The translations under genes and the position numbers were made by a program. From contig MEDY01000253.1 of assembly GCA_001724265.1 (NCBI GenBank), forward strand, positions 1 to 44,295: 44,295 nucleotides of DNA, written 5' to 3'. Positions 23,300 through 35,200 of this stretch are shown here, one piece after another (within the stretch, counting starts at the first letter, position 1; every line of letters starts with the position of its first letter). The DNA is from Rhizaria sp. SCN 62-66. Its lineage: Eukaryota. The notes beneath the pieces were generated by a model. That model was not told the origin of the DNA, ran no database searches, and was given only the letters and a program-made list of their open reading frames with translations.

Positions 23300-26200
23300 T
23301 TAGCGCCGCACCACCTGCTGAGGGGCGCGCGGCCCCCCAGATTGTGACTGCGACGGTCCCTGCTTGCCGTGCCCGTGCCCCTGTTGCAGCTGCTCCTGGG
23401 TGGCATTGTCGAGCCCGAGCAGCTGGACCTGGAGCTTGAGCGGCCGGCCCACGGGCACGAAGGGAGGAGCCTTGGTCTCGTTGTCGGCGAGGGTGTTGCC
23501 CACGCCTTCGACAACGTTAGTAACGCCGTCGAGCGTGCCCGAGACAACCTTGGTGGGGATGTTGATGATGGCCGACATGAAGCCCTTGGCCGCGCCCGCG
23601 GCGCCGTCCTTCTGCGCGCCCTTGATAGGCTGTGCGACGAGGCCAGTGATGGCGGAGAAAAGACCGGTGCCGATCGACATCGCGCCCTGCTTCACGCCCG
23701 ACAGTGCGTTCTTGGGCTTCTCCTTCTGCCGCTGGTCGCGCTCGGCGCGGTGCTCGTCGTCCAGCACCAGGTGAGACACACCGGACGCGATCGAACCCGT
23801 CACGTTGGACGCGATGCAGAACACGCCGCCGACGGTGTTGCCGACCAGGCGGCCCGTCGTCATCGCCACGCCTTCGGCCGCGGACAGGTTGTGGCGGCGC
23901 GAGTCGAGCTGGCGCTCCTGGTGCGTGAGCCCCGAGGCGCCGCGGCCGATGCCGCGCACGAAGCCACGCGGATTGCCCAGCAGCGAAGAACTGAGCAGCG
24001 CGTTGGTGACGTACTTGCTCGACTGCTGCTGGTAAAAGCCGCCGACGGCGGACACAAGCTCGGCGGACGAGTACGTCTCCTGCTGCTGCACCAGCATCGG
24101 CATGTCGATCGGCATCTGCTCGACTTGCAGCATCGAGCCCAGCGCAGAGAGCACGGTGCGCAGCCCACCGCCCAGGTCGACGGCGCGCAGCAGACGCTCC
24201 AGCACGTCGCCCGTGAGCCGAGTCGTGACGCGCAGGTGCACGGGCGAGATGAGGAACTGCTCGAAGTAGATACGAACCGCGCTCTCGGTGCGCGAGGACT
24301 GCGCTGCGGAGGCGAGCGTCGCCGCCAACGCGCGCTGCGTCGCAAGCACCACCGACGCCGTCTGTGTGTTGCCGGAAGCAGCACCGCGCGAGGCCATAAT
24401 GGCGGCGGTGATTGTGTTCTGGCGGCGCTGCTTCGCACTCTTGCTACGCGTGCCGTTGGCCTCAAAGCCATCCATGACAGTGATGAGCGCGGAGATAATC
24501 TCGTCGTCGATGTTGAAGCACACGGGCTGCTTCTGGAATGAGAGGTCCCAGTACTCGTACGAGCCAGCAACAAGGTAGCGTCCCGAGCGCACATACGCGC
24601 GCTTCGACGTAAAGGACACGAGCGGTGTTGGCGCCGCGCCATCGGGCTGCTTGACCATGACGGGCCACAGAGTCGACCACGCCAACACGGGCATGTACGA
24701 CGGCACGGGCGGACTTGGCATCCTCTCTGGCGTGTGCAGCGGCATCTTCTTGGACGACTTGCCAACACCCGTGCCCTTGTCAATCTGCAGCGCGCCCAGC
24801 GAGACTTCTTGGCGCTGCGACGTAGCCGTCGACGTCAGGAGCAGACCGATGTTGCACAGGTGCGCGGAGAGCACGTGGCAGCCGGCGTCGCCGCCGTCAT
24901 CAAGCTTGGCGCCAAGCGATGCGCCCGACGCCGACGCAGAGGCCTGCTCTGCACTGGGCAGGTCGTCCACAACGGCCACAGAGACCAGCGGCGCCTTAAA
25001 CACAAACTCGCTAATGCCCGTTTCAGTTTCTTGCTTTTTTTCTTCTTCATCCGCGCCCGCCTGTCCGCCGTGCGCGATGACCTTGCCCTGCTTGTCCACG
25101 CTCATCACCAGCTGCTTGAGCTTTAGCAGCTCTAATGCACCGTCGCCAACGATCTGAACAGCGCTACCCGCGCCACCAGTCCGCAACCCGCCAGCGGACT
25201 TTGACGCTGCGGCAGCTGTGGAGCCGGCAACAGCGGCCCCGGCTGCTGCGGCCGTTGTCAGGAAACGCACGGCACGCGCAGAGCGGAAGACGCGCGACCA
25301 CTCTGAGGGCAGACTGCGGCGCGGAAAGGGGCAGGGCACGATGTTGAGCACGCGCGAGCCGTCGGCGAGGCAGTCAACACGCACAAGCAGCGGGTGCACC
25401 GTGCACGTGGGGGGCGCGCCAGGAGCCGTGATCTCCTGCCGCACCACCATGGCAATCTTGGACCAGCCGGGGATCTCGATCTGCACCTGCAGCAGGTGCG
25501 GGGCGGCACCCGGCGCAGGATAGATGTACAGCAGCGCAAACTTAAGCGCCACAGCGCGCGCAGGCGCGGCTGCCAGCACCTGCGGCGAGGGAAACTCGGA
25601 CGTCGCATTGGGATCCTGCCACGCAAAGGGCGTCGCGCGGTACGGCTGCGTGTGCAGCATCGGCGGCAGGCACGCGAGCTCGGCGTTGCGCCGCACATCG
25701 CCGCCCGGCAGGATCGCCTGCGCTTGACAGATCGAAATCGGGAACGATGACTTGTTCGCGACAGAGTACAGCGGCGCCACGCCCACTGTGCCCGCCGCGG
25801 GCACCGTTGCCACAAGCGACGACGACACCGTGGGAAGCGCTGGCGCAGACGTGTTCAGCGACAACGCGCCATTCGAGGCAGCAGCAACAGCAGAGGGCGA
25901 AGAGGCCTCGATGGCCGCTTGCTGAGCGCGCGCGGCGAGGAGTTTCTCCTGCTTGCGGCGCACGCGCGAGGCCGACTGCGGGCCACTCAGTTCGGGGGTG
26001 ATCGTGACGACGAACTGGCCGCCGTTGTTGTGCACCGAGACCTGCATGGTGAGTGCGACCGACTGCGTGCCAGGTCCGCCGTCGGGAGCGGCCTTGGCGC
26101 TAGAGAGCACCGAGATAATGCCCGTCTCGCTCAGCGTGAAAAAGCTCGTCGCCGTCCATGCCGCGGACGCCATCGCCTCCTCCGACGCTTCGGCCATGCA

Positions 26201-29200
26201 GCCGTAGCGGAACGCGCCAGCGTCCGTCACGGACTCGATCGCCGGCGCCGCGTTCGGCACAGGCGTGCCCATGGGGGCCGCGCCAACCACTGCGGGCCGC
26301 GTCGCGCGCAGCACCGCCTTAGGCGACGGCGGGGGCGCCAGAGGCAGAATTTGGATGCGCTGCGGCGACTGGTGGCACGGCCAGTAGAAAGGCATGCCAC
26401 CGACGATGCTCGGGCACGCTGTGTTTTCGTCGGGTGGCGGCACCGCGTCGCGCGGCGTGGGCGGCACCACACACGCCGCCTCGGGCGTCATGCCCATCCC
26501 TTCCTGCACAAGCGCAAGCGGCCAGGGCGTCTCGTTCACTACCACGAAGCGCGGTAGTAGGTGCGTCACGCAGATGCGCTGGAAGGGCGCTGGCGCACGG
26601 TAGAAGCGCGCCACCATGTCCGCGCGCATGCGCAGTGGCGAGGACGTGATGGCCTGCGACGCGCTGCTCGCACGCCGCGCTGCGGCCGCCGCGGAGCAGT
26701 CGTGTGCGGGGTCAATGAGCAGGTTGCCTAACTGCGCGACGCGCGTAAAAGCCTCGCGCGAGTGCGGCGCGTCCGACGCGACGAGCGTGAAATGCGTCGC
26801 GGGTGACGTGCCGTTGCGCAAGCGCTGCGGCATCACGGTCCACGCCGGAGCGGCCGCGGGCGCCATTGTGGGCGTTTTCTCGGCCAGCGTCACGGTGCGG
26901 CACGCGTTGCCCGCCAGTCCCAGCCCCAGCGGCTCACACCCGGGCTTGGGGCGCGGCGCGTCTGGCGGCAGCTGGCGGAGCGCGAGATCATCATAGGTCT
27001 CGACAGTGATGCGCGGCGCCTGGCGCGACTCCTGCGCCACGCGACCGAAGACGGCACCCTGCATCAGCAGCGGGCCATGCGCGACCGTGAGTGGCAGCAG
27101 CGTGTCGTTGATAATCCATGAGTCGGCAAAGAAGCGCACGACGCGCGCGAGCGCGCCCGATGCACGTCCGGCCGCACCCAGCGTCTCGTTGGCGTCAACC
27201 TCGAGGATGAGCGGCATCGAGTCAGCGTCGCCGGGCGCGGGCGCAGCCGACGCGGCGCCATCGTCGTGCGTGCTGCAGCGCACCAGGCGGCGCGAACGCG
27301 GGATGACAAGTCCCGAGTAGCCACCGGGACCCTCACGCGACGCGTGCTGCGACTCGACCGAATGGATGATCGGCGTGAGCTGCGTCCACCCGAGGCCGCC
27401 GCACTGCACACGGCATAGAAGCTGCGCAGCGGGCTTCGCGTCAGGGGGTCCGTCTGGCAAGGGACGCCCGGAATTGAGGCGCACCTTGTTCCACGCTGCC
27501 GCGGCCTCAGACCAGTCGATGGTATTAAGCTGCGTCTCCGCGCCCGAGGCCAGCACATCACGCAGCAGCGTACGCGTCGCCCAGCGCTGTGCAGCAGGCA
27601 TCCACAGCCGGTAGACGATCTCAAAGCAAGCAGGCACAGGCAAAACATTGCTCACAACAAGAGGAGCATGGATTGTAAAGACACCATCCGTAACACCCTC
27701 AGCCTGCATAGGTGGGACAAACACCACGCACGCGCGCGCCGGGAGCGCTTCCGTTGCCACAGCTGCACACACGAGATCGTAGTTGCGCGGGACCTTGGCA
27801 ATGGTCTGCACAGCCATGATGGGCTGCGACCACCCAAAGTCCTCGTCCTGCGGGCGCGAGGGCGACGTGGACAGCGCCTCGCCGTCGCGGATCGTCGCAG
27901 GCTTCATGCGCACGAACTCGAACTGCTGGAACGACACCGGGATGGGAACGGTGCCGCGGGCAGGAATGATGCACTCCCACGTCGTGGCATCGGGCAGCGT
28001 GGCCTGCACGGCCCACGGAAGGTCGGTGGCGTTGTGCACGGAGCGCGTGGAGCTCATAATCACCACGCGTGAGCTATCGACCGTGCGGATCGACAGAGAC
28101 ACGCGCCGCTGCTGTGCGGGCAGCTCGCCCATGGGCGATGGCGTCGGCATAGAGTCGCCCACCGAGAGGGGGAACACCTGCGTGCCGCGGTGGCTGACAG
28201 GAACGTTCATCAGCCGACCTGCGCTGACGCCACGGCCCACGGAGAAGCATAGTGACGCCATACGCGGGTGCATCCGCAGTCCGGGGCACAGCGGCACAGG
28301 CACCTCACCACCAGCGGGCACTGTCACACGGGTGCAAGTCTCTGACAGCCGCTCAACCATATCTGCGAAATCGCGATCTGACAGGTTGATCTCGGCCTGG
28401 TGACGATCCAAAGCGCGCTTGTTAAGCACAGCCCACACCTGAACCGCCTCACCCGTGTCGTTGCGCACACGCACCGGGGAGTAGTAGCGCGCGTCGACGT
28501 CTTCACCGTCGTTGTCATCGCCTTCCTCGCCCACTGATGACTCATCACGCGCAATGCGCTGTTGCTGCGAGATCATCGCATTGGCCATCACAGCGCGTGC
28601 TGCACTGATCTGGGCAGTTTTGCGAACAGGCGCAGAGCCAGTCGAGGTGGTATCTGAGGCTGAACCTGCAGTGCCATCAGCTTGCGAGTGGATGCTGCTG
28701 CGCGCAGCCTGGCGACGCGCCGTCCAGTCGCTGTAAGCAGTGAAGATGGACAGCAAGAACGCAGTGGAAACGCGCACATCGATGGGTGAGTTGACCTGTA
28801 GCATCATCCAGAAGGGGCGGTTGCGCGATGCTGTGCCGCTGCCAGTGTCAAGAGCGGACGTGCGGAGCGCTGTGGCTGTACCAGTACGCGCGGAAGATGA
28901 GGCTGCGATGCCGTCATCAAGGAAGAAACGTGCTTCACTAATGACGTTAGTCTCGTGCACCAGCGCGCGCAGCGCGAGCGACTGCGGGTCATGATACTCA
29001 ACAGCAAACATGAACCTTGAGACCATGTTGCCCGCCCATCCGTCGGGCACAGCCCACAGCGACACGTCTACCGGCGTAGGCGTCACACGCAAGCACATCA
29101 CAGGCACAAAGCGACGCGACAAGTTGTCAACGGCCGTCACCGTGATCGGCAACAAGTCAATCCGCAACACCTTCTCACCGGCAGTCGTTACGCGCACCAC

Positions 29201-32200
29201 GTTGAGGTTCACACCAGCGACCGCGGGAAGCGCTGAGGCACGCGCGGCGTCCGCAGCGAGCGAGAAGGCGTTGCCTGCATAGCCATGCGCGTCCCCGCTG
29301 GCGGCGCCCGCGACGTCGCCCCACGCGACGAGTTGCTGCTGGATCAGCGCGTCGACGTGGCTGCCCTCGTCGTCCTCGCCGTCGCCGGTCTCACCGCTAG
29401 GTGAAGCCGCCGCGGCCGCTGCGGATGCAGCGGAGGATGCGGCTTGCAGACGGAAGGCAGCAAGCGCGGCGCGCGCGTGCGTCTGCTCTTTGTCCCAGAG
29501 GTCCATGTCGGCGGCCGCGTCGACCCAAGCGTCGCGCGCAGACATGGCGATGCCGAGGTCGCCCAGCGACAGCGTCATGGCGAGCGGGTCCAGGAAGCCC
29601 ACGGTGGCGGAGCCGCGCGTGGTGACGAGCGCAGCCAGCGGCATCCCGCCCGCGGCGGCGCTGGGGTCGACGAGGTCGGCCTGGTCAACGACCGAGAGCA
29701 AGACGGACTGGGTGCTGGCCAGCACCGCTCGCACGGACACGGGCTTTACGATGGTCGAGTCAAGCGAGGGCGCGCGCCAGAGCTGGCGGACTGAGCACGA
29801 GTGCACGGCGGCTTGCGCAGCAACGCCCAGAATAAGGATCTCGACGACTTGCTGGCCGCGTGGCGCAAGGCCCAACGCGGGCGCCACCGGCGGCTGCACA
29901 GTGCGCGACATCGCCAGGGCGCAGCCTGTGCGGACGACAAGCGCAGCCGCGGTCAGTGGGTCGACTGTGACAGCCTGCAATGCACTCACACGCACGCGCA
30001 GCGTGATGTGGTCGCGGCCCAGTCCGACGTTGGCAGCCGAGGCCTCGGGTGTCGACGAAGCTGCAGAGAGCTTGGGCGCAACCACGGCAGCGGGCGCCGA
30101 GGTGGAGGCAAACGTCGACGCCGTCGAGCCCGCTGCGGAGGCCGCGAGCGGCACGCCAGGAACGGAGCCCGAGCCGTGCGTGTCGACGGTGCCCGACGCG
30201 GCCGCGGTGATGGCGGCCGCGATCGTGCACGGCGGCGGGTCCAGGCAGTCGGGCGGGATCGTGACTGCGCGCGCGAGGCGCATGAGAGCACGCGGGTTGG
30301 TGAAGGCCGTCAGCCCGCACACGTCGACGTCAATGGCGCGGCGCCGGCCGGACACGAGGGACAGGGACTGCAGGATCTTGAGGTGAATCACAGGACGCAC
30401 CGCCATTTTGATCGGAGAGGATCCCCCATCCTGAGGTGATGCGGCCAGGAAATCATTCATGTCAAGCGTGCGCACGTTGTCACCGGGAGATGAGAGCGTT
30501 TGCGACGTCCCACGCGCGGCGACGAGGGGATGCGACGAGGGGCACAGCACCAGCGAACGCCACTCCTCGCCACGCGCAGCCGCGGACGCATTGAGACCGC
30601 GCGCGTTGGCGTCGATCTCACGGAAAAGCATCGTGTTAAAGGCAATCGAGGTGAGCGCGCCAGCGAGACCGAGGCGGCGCCATCCGAGCGATACGCCGCC
30701 AATCTCAGCAGCCAGGAAGGATTGTGAAGTGCGGTACAACGGCGCTGCGGCCGGCGAGCGGTCGACCTCTTCCTCGCACATGTTGATACGCGCGGACGTG
30801 ATCACAAGTCCCATCATTGCTTTGGTAAATGCCCATGGAGTGTCCTCCTGAAAAATGATGCGACGTGCGCGGGCCGCGGTCGCAGGTGCAGGCTGTTGCG
30901 ACGGGCGCGTAACAGCCAGCGACAAAGACGACGACGACGATGAGGACGGGTGCTCGATAGAGTCCGAGGCAACAGCAGTGGCGAGCAGCGAGGACATCAT
31001 CGAAGCGACCTTTGCCTTGTGCTGCGACTCGGAGCCCGTGACTGCGGCCAGCCCCGTGAGCGGACCCGGGGGCGACGCGCCGTCGGGCGTCGAGGGCGCG
31101 TCGCTCATCGCGGGGGTGCCGGGACCCCAAGAGCTCTCGGAGGCCACAATGGCACTGAGCTCGCTGGCGCCCAGCATGGCCATGGAGCCCGTGCCAAAGA
31201 CGTTGAACAGCGAGTCTGCGCGCGCGTTGCCGGCCAGCAGAGTCGCCTTGACGCGCGCGGCCTGCACGGCAGCGGCCGCCAGTACTGGATCCAGCAGCAG
31301 GTTGCCAGCCAGCACGCGCATCAGACACTCGAGACGGCTCGCGGACAAGAAGGCCTCCAAGTGCCCCACCGTCAGCGACACCTTGACCGGGGCGCCGTCG
31401 GGCAACGCGGCCGCAAACGCGGGCCGGTCGAGGGCAGCGAGGATGTCGAGCCCGACGCGCGTGGGCGTAATAAGCGGCATCGCGGGCAGCAGCCACGGTG
31501 CGCGGGCAGGAATCGGCTTGCCCTTGCCGAAGACACCCGCATTAATGAGCGAGGGCCACAGGGCCTCGAGCGACGCGGCGACAAGAGACGTCAGCGGCGG
31601 CGTGTCTGCAGTCTTTTTATCGCTCGCGGCAGCCTCGTCCTTCTTGATGGCCATAATGAGATCCTTCGGGAATGTGCGCGCAGCGAGCTTGGGCGCCATC
31701 GCACGCAGAGCGGCAGCGGCAGCCATGAGCGGGGCCACATCATTAGCAGTCTTATCAAGACTACCGCGGTTCTTTGCTCCAGGCGAGTGCGAGCGCTGCA
31801 TCACGGCCTCAAAGGCTGCGGCGGATGGCAGGAAGGGCCCTGAACTGCCGGGGGCACGCGCACTGGTCGGACTTGTCGCAGGTTGACTGAAGACTGGCGT
31901 GTGTTGCTTCTTCTGAGGCACGACGATGTCGCCCATGCCAAGATCCAGCCCCGCCAGCGCCGCCGTGCGCGCATTAGTCGCGGGTGCCGGCGCGCTTGTC
32001 TGCAGCGACAGCGTACTCAAGTTCTGCTGAGAAGCAACAGTGGACCCGAAGTTCGCCGCAGGCGCGGACGCCGCGGAGCGCATCGACACGGTCTTGTCGA
32101 GACGTGCAGTGGGGACGAGACCGATGGCCTTTGTTGCGGGGTCGGCCGAGTGGCCCAGTCCGGCAGCGATGGCAGCAGAGATGGCAGCCTTGTGCGTAGC

Positions 32201-35200
32201 CGCCGCAGCGCGGTCCGCGGGAGCCGCACGCAGCTCGTGGCCCGTGCGCAGCGTCATGCGCGAACCGCTGACGTATGCTGCAGACCCAGCGGCGGCGGCG
32301 GCCGCGGCAGCGATGACGGTGGGGTCCGCCGGCAGTGCTGCGGCGGCGAGTGCGTCAACGGTGAGCGTCAGGCGGTCGAACTCGAGCGGGTGCTCGCCGC
32401 GCGCGACCGCGGCCTCGTCGCGCTCGGGCGCGTTGGTCATAGTGACGCCGCGCACGATCATCGCAATCGATGAAGCCACGTCGGGCGCGACCGAGGAGCG
32501 CGGCGCGATGGCCGAGAGCGTTCCAACACGCACCAGCATCCGCACTGCGCCTGTGCCCCAGCTCGGACTCGCGGGCACGCCAGGTGCAGGCAGCGGGAGC
32601 ATGTCGATGATCGACGACTTTGCGGGCACTGGCATAGGGCTTGCATCACTGGGCGCTGCACTGGGCGATGTAGCATCAGAGACAGAGTCGACAGGCGGGG
32701 GCGCGCCGGGGATCGCGCCGATGATACCGGAGAGAATGTAGTCAACGAGCTCGAGCACAGGCGACAGCTGGAAAGCAATGTCAACGTTGCCGGCCGAGAT
32801 AGCGACCTGGTTGTAGTCGTAGAACGGCTTCGGTGCACCAGGCGCGGGCGCGGGAGGCATCGGCGGGCGACGCACAGCGAAGGCGGCTGCCATCTCGTCG
32901 TCCTTGCCGGGCGTGATAGCGACAATGAGTCCCCAGGGGTCGATGAAGTCCTCCTCGCCCTCAACGCCGCCAGCCTTGGCCGCCGGCGACGCGCGCATGT
33001 GCGCCATGGCCTCGGGCGGGACGCCAGCGGCCGCGGCGACGTCAGCAGGCACCGGCGCAACTGAGTCGAGCTTGTACATGTGCAGCGAGCGCACGCCACC
33101 TTCGACTTGCACGGAACCGGGTCCGCGCTTGTAAGTAGCGGGCGGCAGCAGCGGAAGTGAAACTGAAACCACGGCGGCCGTGATGTCTGCGCGGAAGATC
33201 TTGCGCGATTCGACGGCCACGGCGACACCGCCGAGACGGCCGCCGTCCTTGTGGAGACCAATGATCACTGAGCGCGTCGTTACGTCCACGCGCACACTCA
33301 TCGGCGTCCGCGCCGGCGCCGTGGGCTCGCACGGGAACACCTGCGCCACGCGGAAACCAGGCTGCTGGCCCCACAGGATCGACCGCACGAGCGTGCCGCC
33401 ACGCCAGTGCTTCGGCCACAGCCGGTCTAGCTCGCCGGACACGTTACAGCTCGTCTTGGGCGGCGCACCGGGGTGTTCGGTGGATGCGGTGGCGCCGTCA
33501 GCAGCGGCCTTGTTGACCGCATGCTCAAGGTGGGCGCGGATTTCACTGTCAAGCACGGCGGCGGGCGGCAGCAGAGCAGACGCGCCAGTGGGGTCGAGCG
33601 CAAAGTACGGCAGGATCATGGCCGAGTCACTGACAGTCGCATCCGGATTTTTAACATCACTGGCCACGTTCGGGTGTTGTGACGCGAAGATGGCTGCGTT
33701 AGGCGCAGGCCGCGGGTGGCCCGCGGCGGTGTTGGCAGTAAAAAGCGCCTCGTAGAACTCCTCCGACTCCAGCTCCGGCGGCGTCACGATCGCGGCCGCG
33801 CCGCCAGTCACTGAGAAGATGAGGTCGAACAGCTCGGCCATCCAGTCGGGCGACCAGTTGATGCGCACCGAGTGCAGACGCAGCGCCAGCGCCATCAGCG
33901 GCTGCGCGGCCGTGGCGGCGTCGGCGCGATGCACCATGTACTCGTACACGCCCTGCTCGTCCGTGAGAGGCAGCTCCGGAGAGTCGATGTGAATGAACAC
34001 TGGGCAGTCGTCGCCCGGCAGTGCGCTGAGCGCCGTCGCCGCCGCCGCGACAGGCTTCGTGGTGCCACGGGTCGGCACGGGCGCACATGAGGGCGCGCCG
34101 GTGTCGATGCTGACAACGCAGAGCTCGTTGCCGACGTTCTTAAGGTCCCAGCACTCGAGGGCCTGGAGCGAGATGGACGTTGTCGCTGCGGGCGCGAGAC
34201 CGGGGCCCGCGCGGTGTGTCGTGTGCGCGACCATGACGCCGCGCGCCGTCGCCAGGAACAGCGGCGCGACACCCGCGTTGACGCCTGGGCGCGCCTTGTC
34301 GAGAAACACACTGACTTCGCTGAGCGAGAGCGCAAGCTCCAGGCCAGCAGTCTCAATCAGCGCAGGCGCGGGCGTGGCATCCGGTGTTACGGCGCCAACA
34401 TCGGCAGCAGCCAAGCCGAGCTGCACGGGCAGCGCCGCGATGGTGTCGACAGCGCGCGCCACGGGCGGATCCCATTCCTTAATGATGGCCACGATGTCGA
34501 GCAACATTGTGTCCGACACGAAGACTTGGAACGGACGCTCGGCAGCCACGGTCACCACGGGTCGCAGCAGCGGCGCGGGGCCCGACGCGAGCACAGCAGT
34601 CGCCCCACCCAGGGGCGCGAGAGTAAGGTCGAGCGTAAAGCGCGTAGGCGTGATGATGGCAGACTCGACGCTGCCGGCCAGCGCCGCCGTCGCAGACACA
34701 ATCTTGCCACTTTGTGTGTCGTTTTGCTTCTGAGCGGGCGGCGCGAACCGCGTGGCGACGGTGTCGAGCGCGACGCTAAGGTGCGAGTTGCGGAGCCCGA
34801 TCGTGACGGTCTCCAGACCAGCGCTCAGCGCGGACGTAGGCACAGCGTCGGTCAGCAGGTACACGGCAATCTTATCGCACTGCACCTCGATCCAGAACGG
34901 CGGGAGCGGCGCGGGCGCAGCGGGCGCGGCCTCCATATCATCGCATCGCTCCTCGTCGCCCTCGGCGATGGCGGCCTGCGGGCCCGCGGCGATGCCGATG
35001 AAGGGCGCGACGTAGTGCGTGCGCAGCGGCGGCGCCACGGCCGCGGTGACCATGTCGTGCACATCGAGCACCGTCACCAGGTCGCGCGGCGTTAGGTACA
35101 TCGTGACGGGCGACACGTGCAGAGTCGACTTGTCCGTGCAAGAGAGCCCCCACTCGGCCGCGCCAGACGTGGCGGACGGACGGCCTCCAACGGGGGGCGC

